This document shows positions 36,525-49,377 of a DNA stretch of 64,000 nt, one piece after another. Location of the stretch: NCBI RefSeq assembly GCF_037042905.1, contig NC_087252.1:15750001-15814000 (forward strand), in the 5' to 3' direction. The translations under genes were made by a program, and so were the position numbers. Below the pieces are notes generated by a model. The model had not been told where the DNA came from and did not search any database. It saw nothing but the letters and a program-made list of their open reading frames with translations. Source of the stretch: Lytechinus pictus (taxonomy: Eukaryota). Position 1 is the first letter of the stretch. The number at the start of each line of letters is the position of its first letter.

Positions 36525-38763
36525 AGGTTGAAGGATTGCTTGGTCTTAGATTTTTAGTTTTTTATTATTACTATTTGCGTTATTTGGAAAAAAATAACTG
36601 GGTCTGGCTGAAAGACTACGCTTTATGTCCTTGTTATCCAGCATTAATAAGATAATGGGGTCTTTATACTGTTTTTGTTGTTGTATTGTTATTTATAATT
36701 TTGGAATAACAGGGTTTGGAGAAGAGACTAAGCTCGATTTTCATTTTTATTCCACTGGAATATCATTATGGTATCTTAGTTTGGACTTATATTTTATTTT
36801 TATAAATAACCGGGTCTGGAAAAAAGACTTTGAACTTATATTATAATTTTTGAAACAACCAGGTCTGGAAAAAGACTTTGGACTTATATTATAATTTTTT
36901 TAACAACCGGGTCTGGAAAAAAGGCCTTGGACTTATATTTTTTTTTTTATCAACCGGGTCTGGAAAAAAGACTTTGACTTATATTATGATTTTTGAATTA
37001 ACCAGGTCTGGAAAAAAGACTTTGCACTTTTGTGCTATATGAATGCATTACTATAGGGTTTTAGTTTTTAGTTTTAAGTAAACGGGTCTGGAGGAGACTA
37101 CGCTTGGTTCTGAATTTACTCTTAGCGCATATATTCACAATACGCGCCATATAACTTGAAACAACAACAAAGACATTTAGTCCACCAGCTTTAATTAAGT
37201 GGGTCTGGAAAAAAGACTAAGCTCAATTCTCATTTTCATTCCACTGGAATATCATTATCGTATCTTAGTTTGGGTTTGGACTTATATTATGATTTTTGAA
37301 ATAACCGGGTCTGGAAAAAAACTATGGACTTATATTATAATTTTTGAAACAATTGGGTCTGGAAAAAAGACTTTGGACTTATGATATAATTTTTTTAATA
37401 ACCGGGTCTGGAAAAAAGACTGCACTTTTGTGCTAAATGAACGCATTACTACAGGGTTTTAGTTTTTAATTTTAAGTAACTGGGTCTGGAGAAAAGACTA
37501 CACTTGATTCTCAATTTACTCTTAGCGCATATATTCACAATACGCGCCGTATAAGTTAAAAAAACAAGACATTAATTCCACAAGTTTTAATCAACTGGGT
37601 CTGGAGCAAAGACTAAGCTTGATTCTCATTTTTATTCCACTGGAATATCATTATCGTATCTTAGTTTGGACTTATATTATAATTTTTTTAATAACCGGGT
37701 CTGGAAAAAAAGACTTTGGAATTATATTATAATTTTTGAAATAACCGGGTCTGGAAAAAAAGACTTTGGACGTATTTCATATTTTTTTAACAACCGGGTC
37801 TGGAAAAAAGACTTTGGACTTATATTATAATTTTCAAATTAAATGGGTCTGGAAAAAAAACTTTGCACTTTTGTGCTATATCATGGACCTATTACAATAG
37901 GTCCATGGCTATATAAACGCATTACCATAGGATCTTAGTTTAGAACGGATTCGCCAAAAATCCCTTCAAATTTATTACATTTGTGGGTAAAGTCATTATT
38001 ACATTTGTGGGCGATCCAAAATTATTACATTTGTGGGTAAAGTGCATTATTACATTTGTGGGTGAAATTATTACATTTGTGGGTAAAGTGTTATTACATT
38101 TGTGGGCGTTATTACATTTGTGGGTAAAGTGTTATTACATTTGTGGGCGTTATTACATTTGTGGGCGTTATTACATTAGTGGGTGCAACAGGGGGCTTAG
38201 ATTTTTTTCACCCATATTTTCTCCTTTCAACCGCGCAAAATTGATTTTTGTATGTTTTTTTAGAAGGAGTAGTACTAAGAGTCACCACAGCTTTATGTGA
38301 GCGCAAATCATGAGCAGAATTTTTTCATCGATAAACTGTCATGAAAAGGGGATTTTTAAGAAGTCTGTTCTAGAATTAATATGGAGGTATACACATAACT
38401 CAATCAAAATGCGAGCGCACAGCGCTAGCTGATACGTTTAATCATACCTGAAAAGGGATATTTTTTAACTTTATTGAATACACGAAGTGGAAAGGTACGG
38501 GGGAAGTAGACCGCATTGCTACAACAGTGAGCAAAGCTGTAAAAAATCGACACAATTTTCCATTTTCTCATTTTTTTTTCAAAAGGGCTATAAAGTTGCT
38601 TTGTAAGGGGAGAGATAAGGGCAACAACATGGAAGTTTCTCACTGTGAACGCTTTGCTTAACCACCTCTAAACTTTTGAGTTTTGCATGAGCTATACAAG
38701 GCAAAATTTTTTTTTTTGATGAATTGGTATAAAATGTAAACCTTATGTATATATTCTCTTTAC

Positions 38764-38799
38764 CTATAGCTGTAGTATTGGTGAGATTCCCAGACATAG
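38764..38799 (-). CDS. Exon 12: 36-nt stalk exon
   Basis: ttcag|CT...ATA G|gtaaag; MSGNLTNTTAI (two N-glycosylation sequons); phase 1-1. Confidence 0.7.
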   Translation of the reverse strand, partial: LCLGISPILQL

Positions 38800-39403
38800 C
38801 TGAAATTGAAAGACGTAACATGACCAATTAATAAGCTTCATGAAAGTGGAGGAATATGTTATTGGATGATTTATACAATAACTTGAATAAGTTTATTCGA
38901 TATGACACTGTAAGTTAGCTTGGGCACGCTGTAACATAATAAAAAAAAAACGCATTGAACAGAAAAAACCTGCTAAGTTAATGGTTTGTAATTACAATTT
39001 CTTGCATGAAAATACAATTATTGTTTCACATGATAGGATTTGATTTTTTTGTTTATTGCAACCCTCTATGTATCATTCTTAACATCGATCTATTCCGAAT
39101 CATATAAAACTTTTACTATTCCATTTTTAACAAGGATCTCGGTGGCATGCTATAAAAGATATTCTGATAAACCGGCATGGGCAGAAGAAGAAGCTGCATG
39201 GGAGTGTATATGTCCGCGTATGTGTCCGCGTCCTTCTGTTATTTAGTAAAGACTTGATATTGATATGTGTTCGAGACAGTCTGCACGGTCCTCTATCGGA
39301 TCGTTCGCCTTGTCTTGTGACGGAAATATATGAATAACCATTGCAATATGTTCAAATGAAAATACATTATCTGGAATGTTAAATTATCAACATCTCTCCA
39401 TAC

Positions 39404-39433
39404 CTTTTGTTATTGTTGATTGGCCGGTTGGAT
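39404..39433 (-). CDS. Exon 11: 30-nt stalk exon
   Basis: tttcttaag|AT...AAA G|gtatgg; PTGQSTITK; phase 1-1. Confidence 0.6.
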
Positions 39434-39966
39434 CTTAAGAAATAAGAACAAAAGAAAAAAAAATTAACAACTTTTATCTCCTGTGCACTGATCCTATGAT
39501 ATCATAATTTTCTGTAGACAAACTACGATCAGACGCACGAATATGATATTGATCAGAGTGCGTGATAAATATTTGGATTGTAGTATATGCCGGCCTCAAG
39601 TCCGCATACTGTCAACCGTGGCCTTGGGTTGAGTCACGTGTACAAAGCCTAATGAGACAGCTTTCTCCAGTGGTCTCTGACTTGGAAACCTCGGGTTCGA
39701 CCCCAATCCTTGATGATATAAGAAGAATAAGGATGGAGGGAAAATTATACAATGGAAAATATACCTTAATCATTATGATGTCATAATCGCATAGCGCCCT
39801 CGCTCAGAGGATAAAGGAAGACGCGTGAACAGAGTTGTCAGATGTGCCACCTGCAGATCACCAACGCATGAAAAGCAATGGCCTCATCCTCTAAGATGGC
39901 GGTGCGATGAGTTCAAAGTATATAAGCTCTATAAAACAAACTATAAATTGATAACATTTCACTTAC

Positions 39967-40065
39967 TAACGTTGCAGTCGTCTCCATAGCATTTACACCA
40001 ATTGATATCCGAGCAAGAGCCTCCATTTAGACAAGGGTTTCTCTTGCACGGATCTTCAGCCATGT
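39967..40065 (-). CDS. Exon 10: 6-Cys EGF-like domain with a short last loop
   Basis: ttcag|AC...GTT A|gtaagt; DPCKRNPCLNGGSCSDINWCKCYGDDCNV. Confidence 0.88.
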
Positions 40066-40127
40066 CTGAAAAGAACAGAAAGAAATCACATTGATGCATA
40101 ATCCAGTTCGGACATTGATGAACGAAC

Positions 40128-40293
40128 GTGTGCGTGTGTGTGTGTGTGAGAGAGAGAGATAGATTAAGTTTTTTTTTTTACAGACGTGTTTATATCAATC
40201 GGATATGATTATATGTCTGAGACCGACGCCATCATCCGAAAGACGTGGCCAGGGCTTGAACTTCGAACCTCTGCATTAATTTGTAACTTCCCC
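40128..40293 (-). mobile_element. 5'-truncated second copy of the 34105-34286 SINE family
   Basis: Shares TATCAATC.GATATGATTAT, CATCCGAAAGACGTG and CGAACCTCTGCAT.AATTTGTA.CTTCCC plus the (TG)n tail, but lacks the head. Confidence 0.75.
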
Positions 40294-41693
40294 TCTGAGT
40301 TACCCTTCCCAAATCAAACGTAGAGTGTCTGAATCCCAAATTTCCTAACCTAATGCTTATTCTCTCAGCTCACGTCCCAACCGGGGCAATTCTTTTTATT
40401 TCATTTGATTTGATTTCATTTTTTTTTTCATTTTCAACAAAACATAAACCAAGTAAATACAAACATAACAAGTGCATGTCATAACAATATAACAAGGTCA
40501 TTAAATAAACTTTAAATTTACATGTTATAATGAAAATAATACAAATGATTATGTGATGTCTTTGATTACCTATTTTGACAAAAAATGTTGTGATCATTGT
40601 AATAATAATAATAATAATATGGAGCTTTTATATAGCGCTTAATACAATACAGTTTCTAAGCGCTTTACAATTTAAACAGAACGTACAACAAGTACAATAT
40701 AATTAATCTAAATAGAAACAAAGTATGAATATAAGTGTACAATTTTTAGAGGTAGTTAATGTCAATCCTATAAACAACAAATCAAATGAAATAGCAAGAA
40801 AATAACAGATAACTGGTAATCATTAAGTGTAAATTGTTTGATAATTGGTTAGGAGGATCGGCACTGGCTTTGGAGAATTTGGGAGCCATTCTATTTGGGA
40901 AAGGTAGCTTTCTTCTAACAATGACTAGAGCACGAAGGGCGGAAGGGGTAAAAAGGGGTAGTAAAAGGCGAAAGAATGATAGCGTTTTCCACCTTTTTTT
41001 TTTAAGCAGTACCACTCTGCCCTGTAAAGTGGAGTTTTAACCCTTCTCACCGTTTCTCCTCTTAGAGCGTGGCTACACCAAAATGGGTCCCAACGCCATA
41101 TTTTCTTATCAATCCCACAAAGCACGAAATCCATTTGATATGTTACAAGTATAGATAAATTTGAGAGGAAAGTGCAGCAGCAAGGGCCTACATCAGGAGA
41201 ATGAATAATTTTATTCAATTGAATCATTCGAATATCACCACTCGTTCATGATATATGACTAGACCATTCTTCTGGTAATGCACACTACAATTTAACCTGT
41301 TTCTTAACAGAAGTGACCTCCTTTTTAAATTGATGTCCTTTTTTTTCTACGAAACTGTATAATGACCAATGATACAATCTTATTTGGACGATCTAAGTTA
41401 AAAAGAGGTATTTACTCAAAGAAGTACTAAATTTTCTATAAGGTCTGCTTCTTTTCAGTGCCTTATTTCTAGTGCTTTCTACACCATGTGTAATCAAGCC
41501 ATTTATTTTGAATCTATTGGGTAAAGCAAATTTGTCTCGATCCTTAATTACTTTTAAAAAATGTTATATTGTAACCTTTTATTTTAACTGTGCATTTGAC
41601 ACTTGGTAAAATAAAAACGATTGAACTGAACTATTGTCAGAAATTCAACATTAATTCTAAGCTCTCATGGGGTGGTCCCATAGGGATAACAAC

Positions 41694-41858
41694 CACTAGC
41701 GTACCTACGGGGGGGACAGGGGGGGCACTCTGCCCCCCCTGACGAGCCACAACCCATACAAAATACATATCACTGCCCCCCCTGACGAGCTTGAAAGACC
41801 TTTTATGCCCCCCTGACGAGCTTGAAGACCTTTATTGCCCCCCTGACGAGCTTGAAGA

Positions 41859-41894
<36 letters not shown>

Positions 41895-42044
41895 TGTCAA
41901 TTTTTTTTCTGGTACAATAACCTTTATTTTTTTATTGAAGACCTTTTATTTTTTTATTTTCTTTATTATTATTTTTTTTTTGCTTGTCAATTTTTTTGGC
42001 GGCCGATTTTGCCCCCCCTGTGGAAAATCCTAGGTACGCCACTG
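41694..42044 (-). mobile_element. hAT-like MITE, same family as 7775-8070, opposite orientation
   Basis: TSD ATAACAAC at 41686-41693 and 42045-42052; CACTAGCGTACCT ... AGGTACGCCACTG. Confidence 0.85.
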
Positions 42045-42065
42045 ATAACAACAGTTAGTATTACT

Positions 42066-44287
42066 CATAGGCGGATCCAGGGGGGCCCGAGGGGCCCGAG
42101 CCCCCATATTGGCGGAGCAAAAAAAAGAAAAAGGGGGGAAAGAAAGAAAACAAAAGGGAAAAGAGAGGAGGAAAAAAAAAGGGAAACAAGAGGAAGACGA
42201 GTGAATGAAATAAGATGAGTGGAAGACTAGGAAAATAATTTTTAAAATCTTTCATGTCACTATAAAAAATTTCGTTCGCGCTTCGCGCTCGCATTGCCTG
42301 TTAGGTGATTTACATATCAATATGGAGCTTGAAATATCAAAATTTGAAGTCAACATAGAAAAAATGTTTCAGCTCGGAAATCGAACTTTCATTAATTTGT
42401 TTGATTTACAAATTGATTCTTAAAAAGTGCTCTGTAAAACTTTGTTTTATGGTTCGAATATTAAAATTTCGGCTCGCGATTTGCGCTCGCATTGATTGTT
42501 GAAAATATATCAATCATGCATCTTATTCATTAATACAAAAGTGCTTTAAATGTCCAGTTTTCAGGTCATAATATTAACAGATTTCGCGCTCGCACATTAG
42601 GCTTATTAGATTAATGAATAAGATATTAATTTAAGAATCATATTGTCCCTTTTTTCAAAATGGAATATCGACAAGCTTATCTCGCGCTTAGGAAGAGAAA
42701 TAAGATATAGTCATCATTTTCATATGATGACATAATGTTCTTAGAATGGTCCTATGTCAAAACTCAAAGTAATAACAACAAAACATATAAGCTCTTTTTT
42801 TTAAATGTGATCCAAATCCACCTCACAATTTTCCTACAAGGTGCTTGAAATACAGAGCTTAAATTGACCCTTTTCAGATCGGAATATCAATTATCTTAAG
42901 CTCACTTCATCGATTTTCATGATAAAAAAAAGGTATTTAGAATGCCCACTCAGATTTTTTTTGGGTCTAAATCTGAATCACGCGCGCGCATGTTTATTCA
43001 GATATGCAGCTTGTTCTCTGTTTAAATCATTATTCAGTTTCATTTCAAAATATCAAAAATTTTCTGCTCGCGCTTTGCGCTCGCAATATTAATGTAGGAA
43101 GATTTCCAATTACTCATCCTTTTCATGATTTACAAAAAATGAATAGTGTCCCATTTTTAGGTGTAAATCTAGAATTTTTTCCACTCGCGCTTCGCGCTCG
43201 CATCAATTGTTTAGTTACATACTTATCCTTTTTACTATTACAAAAAGTGCTTAGAATTTCCATTCTTCAGGTAGAAATGTCAAAATTTTTAGCTTGCGCT
43301 TTGCGCTCGCAATATTAATGTAGGAAGATTTCCAATTACTCTTCCTTTTCATGATTTACAAAACATGAATATAGTGTCCCGTTTTTAGGTCTAAATCTCG
43401 ATTTTTTTTCCGCTCGCGCTTCGCACTCGCATCAATAAATTGTTTAGTAATATACCTATCCTGTTCACGATTACAAAAATTGATTAAAATTTTACATTTA
43501 TGTAGAAATGTGAAAATTTTTCAGCTCGCGGTTTGCGCTCGCATTATTGATTGTTGAAATATGTAACGTCTTCATGACTAAGTGCAATAGCAGTCCTTAA
43601 CAGGTACCTTTTCGATAATGAGTTCAAAACGTATATAAAAACTTTCTGCTCGCGCTCTGCGCTCACATTATTAATGTAAGGAAGATCCCCACTTACTCAT
43701 CCTTTTCATGATTTACAAAACTTGAATAGAGTGTCTCGTTAGTTAGGTCTAAATCTCGAAATTTTCCGCTCTTATCAATTGTTTAGTTATATACCTATCC
43801 TGTTTGAGTTACAAAGTGCTTAGAATTTCCATTCCTTATGTAAAAATGTCAAAAAATTTCAGCTCGCGCTTCGCGCTCGCATTATTGGATTTTTGAAATA
43901 TGTAACGTCTTCATGGCTAACTGCAAGCAGTCTTTAACATGTACCTTTTCCATCAGCTCATTTCTGCTCGCGCTTCACGTTCGTAGTTGTTATTCATTTG
44001 CATTTTTTTTCAGGATAACAAACATTGCCCAGAATGTTCAAAAATTTTGGAAAAAATACATAAGATTTCCAAAAAAATTTAGCTCGCGCTTCGCGCTCGC
44101 ATTATATAGATAAGAATATTATGATATTATATATTAATGTTTATTCATAAGAATAAAGCTAAGAAGTGACTATTCGGACTTCCCCTTCAAAGAAACCCAA
44201 AATCATCTTCGAGTGGCCGATCGGGGAAAATATGGCTGGAAAAAAATCCGCCCCCCCCCCTATTGGCGAAGGCTGGATCCGCCCCTG
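42066..44287. mobile_element. 2.2-kb non-autonomous DNA element with 5-bp TSD and internal GCTCGCGCTTCGCGCTCGCA repeats
   Basis: ttact|CATAGGCGGATCCAG ... CTGGATCCGCCCCTG|ttact; the motif recurs more than 10 times at roughly 110-130-bp spacing; no transposase ORF. Confidence 0.82.
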
Positions 44288-44365
44288 TTACTGGTGTCAG
44301 ATTTAACACCCAATTTTTAGAGTGTAGTGTTAAACATAGATAATATGGTGTATTGTTATTGATAC

Positions 44366-44494
44366 CTTCTAGCACGTTGCAGTATTCTACGATCGGAGAC
44401 CTGCATTCACACACGATATGATTCAAGAGGTAGGTAGTTTCGGACCGAATACTTTCAACATGATAACCATTTTGAGGACCATCTGCGCACACGT
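44366..44494 (-). CDS. Exon 9: 4-Cys degenerate EGF-like unit
   Basis: tatag|AC...GAA G|gtatca; VCADGPQNGYHVESIRSETTYLLNHIVCECRSPIVEYCNVLE. Confidence 0.8.
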
Positions 44495-44919
44495 CTATAA
44501 TTGAATGATATTAAGAGAAAGAAAAAGTAAGCGGTCAAAGGAATATTATACAGATATATTTTTTGCAGGATTTTCTGCATTTATTGGAATATCATACAAA
44601 ACAAATTTACAATGCGTGAGACATAATCATAGTATGGCATAAAGTACATATAACCAAGTGACAATCTCATATGTAGTGACTGGAGAAAGCCATAAATACA
44701 TTATAGAAAAAAAACTTAATGGGGAAATGCAGAGGCAAACTATATAATCAAATATATGATTGAATCATAGCAGCCAAAAAAGGGAAGGGCTACATGGAAA
44801 CCTATACAATTAATTGTGTCTGTAAGAAAAAATTAATGTCACGAATCATCAAAGAAAGGGAAAAAGTAGAAATTGATAAATGAAGTGTGTGTTAGTGGGT
44901 GCAAGAGCAGGTGAGAGAT

Positions 44920-45175
44920 TTATGAATATCTGGATAAAAGGTATTTTTCAATGAAACTTTTAATGAAAAGACAAAGTTTGATAAGATTTGGTATGTCGTT
45001 CCATATATCTAGGCCGTGGTGTCTAATTGTTATATGTGCTAAAATTATTTTCGGGTTTGTCAAATGAAAGTCTAAGGAGTGACGTGTAGGATATGAATGA
45101 ATGTCATTTTTGTAAGTAAAAAATGTTTTAAAAGGATGTAGGTATAGCATTGGTTGAGAATTTGTACATAAAAAT
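44920..45175 (-). mobile_element. CR1/L2-type LINE 3' fragment
   Basis: DIHSYPTRHS...IRHHGLDIWNDIP, the typical ORF2 C-terminal HxYxTR...GxxxWN motif. Confidence 0.7.
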
Positions 45176-45733
45176 GGCAGATATAATAAAGTATGTATTA
45201 TCGAGTGAGAGCGCTAGATGCAAATTTCTTTATTCTAACGTTTAAATTAATATCCAATGACCACTACACTTTTGTAATATTCTGATATTGGAATGCGCTT
45301 GATCGTCTATAATAAAATTGAATGATACGAGTGAGAACGAAATTAGTGCTAATAGCTGCGCCTATCAATAATTTTAAAAAAATGTTACCGAGAGAGGGCG
45401 CTACATACAAAATTTGAATATTAATGCCCGACACAAACATCCAATGACCACTGGAAGTTTGTAATATTCGGATATTTTAATATTCATGATCATAGTGAAG
45501 ACTCTCGGCACACACGTCTATGTGATATTGAATTATATGAGAGAGAAAGAAAAATTAGGCCTAAATGCTCACGGGGATATATCTTAATACATAAAAAACA
45601 TCACTGAGAGGGGGCGCTAGCTGCAAATTTAAATTCTGACGGATAACCCCCCCCCCCCACCTCCTTTAAATGTCCACTGCATTTATATAATCCGATATCG
45701 ATTTTTAAGATCTTAGACATTACAAATGCTTAC

Positions 45734-45874
45734 TTTGTATTATATTTCCACATGAGTATTGATGAGTGACTTGACGGCATTCACATTCAGATATATTATT
45801 GCTTGTAATCACTTTTATACTCGATGAAACATTCATTACACAAAGGTCGCCTTGTCCATCATGAGCGTGTGTAC
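45734..45874 (-). CDS. Exon 8: 4-Cys degenerate EGF-like unit
   Basis: tctag|GT...CAA A|gtaagc; GDLCVMNVSSSIKVITSNNISECECRQVTHQYSC (CxC-x8-C). Confidence 0.8.
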
Positions 45875-46105
45875 CTAGAAATTATAAAATAAAACATTTT
45901 GGACTAAAATTATATGATCACCATGGTAATCTTCATAGTTTAATTGTAACGATCTAAAGAAAAAAAACTTCCCGTATTCTAGAATTAGAATGATTAATGT
46001 TTGTATACTTTACTATATCGGCCTTCGGCATGATTTATTTTTTCTCTCAAGAGGATTATTTTTCAACACACTTTTGTCGAATTCATTTTCCTCATCTGCG
46101 TAATT

Positions 46106-46933
46106 GAAGAGCTCACTTGCAAAAGGGGTTAGGTCCATTTTTCATCAAATTTGAATTTTATGTCTTGATGTATAGATTGTTAGTAGCTCTATAAGATGAT
46201 ACTAAAGAAAAGTTGAAAAATCCTATTAAAAAGTGAACTAAAATGGCAAAGAAAAATCACTTTTTTTTTTCAAAAGAGGTTAGGTCCATTTCAGTTTAGT
46301 TGCAAAAGGGGTTAGGTCCACACAGAATTTTTTTTTGGAAAAGAATATCTTAAAAAATATGAAGACAGGTAGATTTCTCTTATACCCAATTTTATGTTCT
46401 CATGGTATATAGGGTATCATGAAAATTCAGTTTCGCATAAGAATATTGCAATATGGGAGAATTAAAAAATGATTTTCTTGGAGTGGACCTAACCCCTTTT
46501 GCAACTAAACTCTTCTGAAGAACTCATTTGTCAAAAGGGGTTAGGTCCATTTTTCATAAATTTTATTGTTTTCTGTCTCTAAACCTCTAGGTTTTTAGTC
46601 ACTCTGATGATACCAGAGACAATTTGAAATTCAAATGAAAACGTGAATGAAAGTGGCAAAGAAAAAACACTTATTTAATCAAAAGAGATTGGATTCATTT
46701 ATTTATTTGCAAAAGGTGTTAGGTCCACAATGATATATATTTTTTTTAATATATAGAAAAAAATTGAAGACAGGTAGATTTCTTTAATACCCAATTTTAT
46801 GTTCACATGATAAGGTAGTACATCATGACAATTTAGTTTCTCATAAGAATATTGCAATAAGTGAGAATAAAAAACATGGTTTTTCTCGAAATGGTCCAAA
46901 GTGGACCTAACCCCTTTTGCAAGTAAACTCTTC
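46106..46933. mobile_element. Head-to-tail dimer of a ~410-bp TIR element
   Basis: Units at 46106-46515 and 46517-46933, each GAAGA...TTG(T)CAAAAGGGGTTAGGTCCA ... TGGACCTAACCCCTTTTGCAA..AAACTCTTC. Confidence 0.8.
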
Positions 46934-47414
46934 GTATGATTCAAATTTCAAATTCAAATTTATTTATTTCACTTCCATCAATTGTACATACATGAATTGT
47001 ATACCATATATAAACATAAATATTTGTATACGTTGCAAAAAAGAAAATAATGATACATATGTTGTGAAAAAAAAACAAAAAAAAAAACACTTAGACAATT
47101 TGGGCAACACATTGTAGGTTTTAAATAAGTATACTATTTTTCAATAGAAATTAAATTAAGATGGAAATGGAGGGACCCACTAAAAAGCAATGCTTGTACA
47201 ATGTGGGCCCCTCAAAAAATAGATAACAAATAACAAAATAGCAAAGTATAAATACAGATAATCAAATGAGAAAAAAATCAATAACTGAGAGGGAAATACT
47301 CACAAAATAAATACAAAGTTATCAAAAATATACAGTTAGATAAAGGACAAAACAACCCGTCCTAAAAATATCCACCCTTCCCCACCCCACCCCCCCCCCC
47401 AGAAAAAGAGAAGG

Positions 47415-47463
<49 letters not shown>

Positions 47464-47839
47464 GAGAATGCCCTGAGAAGATGGATGGGTGTTGTTGTAT
47501 GTAGATAGAACACATGCCGTCGTGGACTCAAGCAAACTGGATTCAATGATGTGTATAAAAGGAGAAAAAGTATATAAAATAACCTGGAAAGAATATAATG
47601 CACGAAAAATGTGATTGATGCCGTAAACAAATAACCGGTAGGAAGGCGGATAAGCGGACAGGAGAGGAGAAAATAGAGGAGAGGATAGACACAATAATGT
47701 ATGAGGTTCAATAATGAGCACATCGGAGAAGGACTTGTGTCAGATTTTTTTTTTTTTTTTAAAGGATAATAATTATTTTATGTTTTAATTGTAGTCTTTA
47801 AAGTAATAATGATGACTTGACAGAGATGATGAATTAAAC

Positions 47840-48320
47840 TTAATTTGGGAGTACATTATAAGGTTTTAATAGAGATAATTTGAATTTAGTCTTAAAAGAG
47901 TTCAAAGATGTTGCATTTGTTATATCATTATGAAGTGAGTTCCATAACTTCGGTCCATCATATATAAATGTGTTCTGAGCCCGCAAAGTTCTTAAAAGTG
48001 GTAAATGAAATTCACCCAATCGCCTTGTTGGATAGTTGTGAATGGATTGATTTTTTTGAAAAATTGAATTAAATACATTTGGGAGGTTGTTGTTGTTATA
48101 TTTATACATAAACTGACCGAGATTAAACAAATATAAGTCTTTAATTTTCAATATTTTATTTTCAAAAAAATAATGGGTCAGTATGAGACAAATATGCCGT
48201 GTGACATATAATACGTAGAGATTTCTTTTGTAATAGGAGTCATTTGTCTAAGAGTGTTTGTTGTGTATTACCCCACGCTAAAATTCCATAATTTAAATAA
48301 GGCAATATAAGGGATGAATA
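47840..48320 (-). mobile_element. CR1/L2-type LINE 3' fragment
   Basis: IKDLYLFNLGQFMYKY...IHNYPTRR...YDGPKLWNSL...SFKTKFK; the upstream PYLNYGILAWG block is out of frame. Confidence 0.8.
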
Positions 48321-49057
48321 TGATGTCCATAGCTTGCGACTTCCCCCGTGTCCACCCTCTCAATAATGTGTCATTTCAATTGAATGAATAACACAATATG
48401 CATGAAATGTTATATACCGTATATCCTTTGTAGGATCTTGTTCAAATTTATTGTTTTTTATGTTGAAAAGAATGAATGGAGAAAGTCAAAAGTAGGAAGG
48501 TAAAATTGAATTGCATTTAAAATTAATCAAACAAAGAAAAGAAATTGTATAACTGTTTTATTCATCCGGTAAAAACCACTAGTGGGGATACTATTTCTTT
48601 TAATGTTATATGATCATCACTGCAGTAAAACATGCAATTCGATGGGGGTCGATACGATAGATCGCCCCGCTTAACATGAGGTTCGCTGACCCGTTTGATT
48701 TTTATCTTTATATTAAAATCAGCTTTTAATTTGGATGGAATTGATCTTTAGTGATTACTGTATCGACTCTGCTGTGTTGGTCCCGCTAAAACCAGGGCTC
48801 CTTAATACACAAAGATCTGAGATCAACAGCTAAATGGACTGACCAATCAAGTTCAATGTTACATGCACATTTAGTTCAAAATACTGACCAGGAACCAATC
48901 AGAAGTGTTCTTCCATATGTTCTATATATTCATTGCTAAGCTTTGTCTTACGGAACCCAGGCCTGTGTTCTATAGGACGTACACCATAAAATGATAATGA
49001 TAATGATGATATTTATGCTAACAAAGGAACTATAATGGCAGTGGCGATGATGATTAC

Positions 49058-49377
49058 CTTCTGTGAGTGTCATCATTTCATCAGTATCCATGGTGGTGAA
49101 GTTAGTCGTACCGACTAGTATAAAATGATGATCTGTGGTGATTGCCTTCACTTTTATCTGGTATGCAGAAGCTGGTTCAAGATAGTCAAGATAGGTAGAA
49201 GTAGCCAAACTATCATGAATATATTTGGTCATTTCCGTACCATCTGAACCAGTGTAATATATCATATACCCCAATCTCTCCTCTTCGACCTGTCGCCATG
49301 ACAACGTTGCTGTCCGAGCTGAAACTTCTGTAACTATCACTGATATAATTCGAATTGTAGTACATTTTGTTAAATCT
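49058..49377 (-). CDS. Exon 7: fibronectin type III domain
   Basis: attag|A GAT...GAA G|gtaatc; VTEVSARTATLSW...GYMIYY...YLDYLEPASAYQIKVKA...NFTT. Confidence 0.9.

Larger units (their letters stand above)
32238..38190. mobile_element. ~5.95-kb foldback-type element with modular long TIRs
   Basis: Termini TGTTACACCCAC / GTGGGTGCAACA; outer CCCACAAATGTAATAA arrays and inner ~57-bp AGTCCAAAGTCTTTTTTCCAGACCC units are mirrored in both arms; inserted in a G tract (GGGGG on both sides). Confidence 0.9.

Noticed and set aside
40780..41560. Possible additional LINE 3' remnant (also ~28560-29160)
   Set aside because: It is too degraded to read diagnostic motifs confidently by eye.
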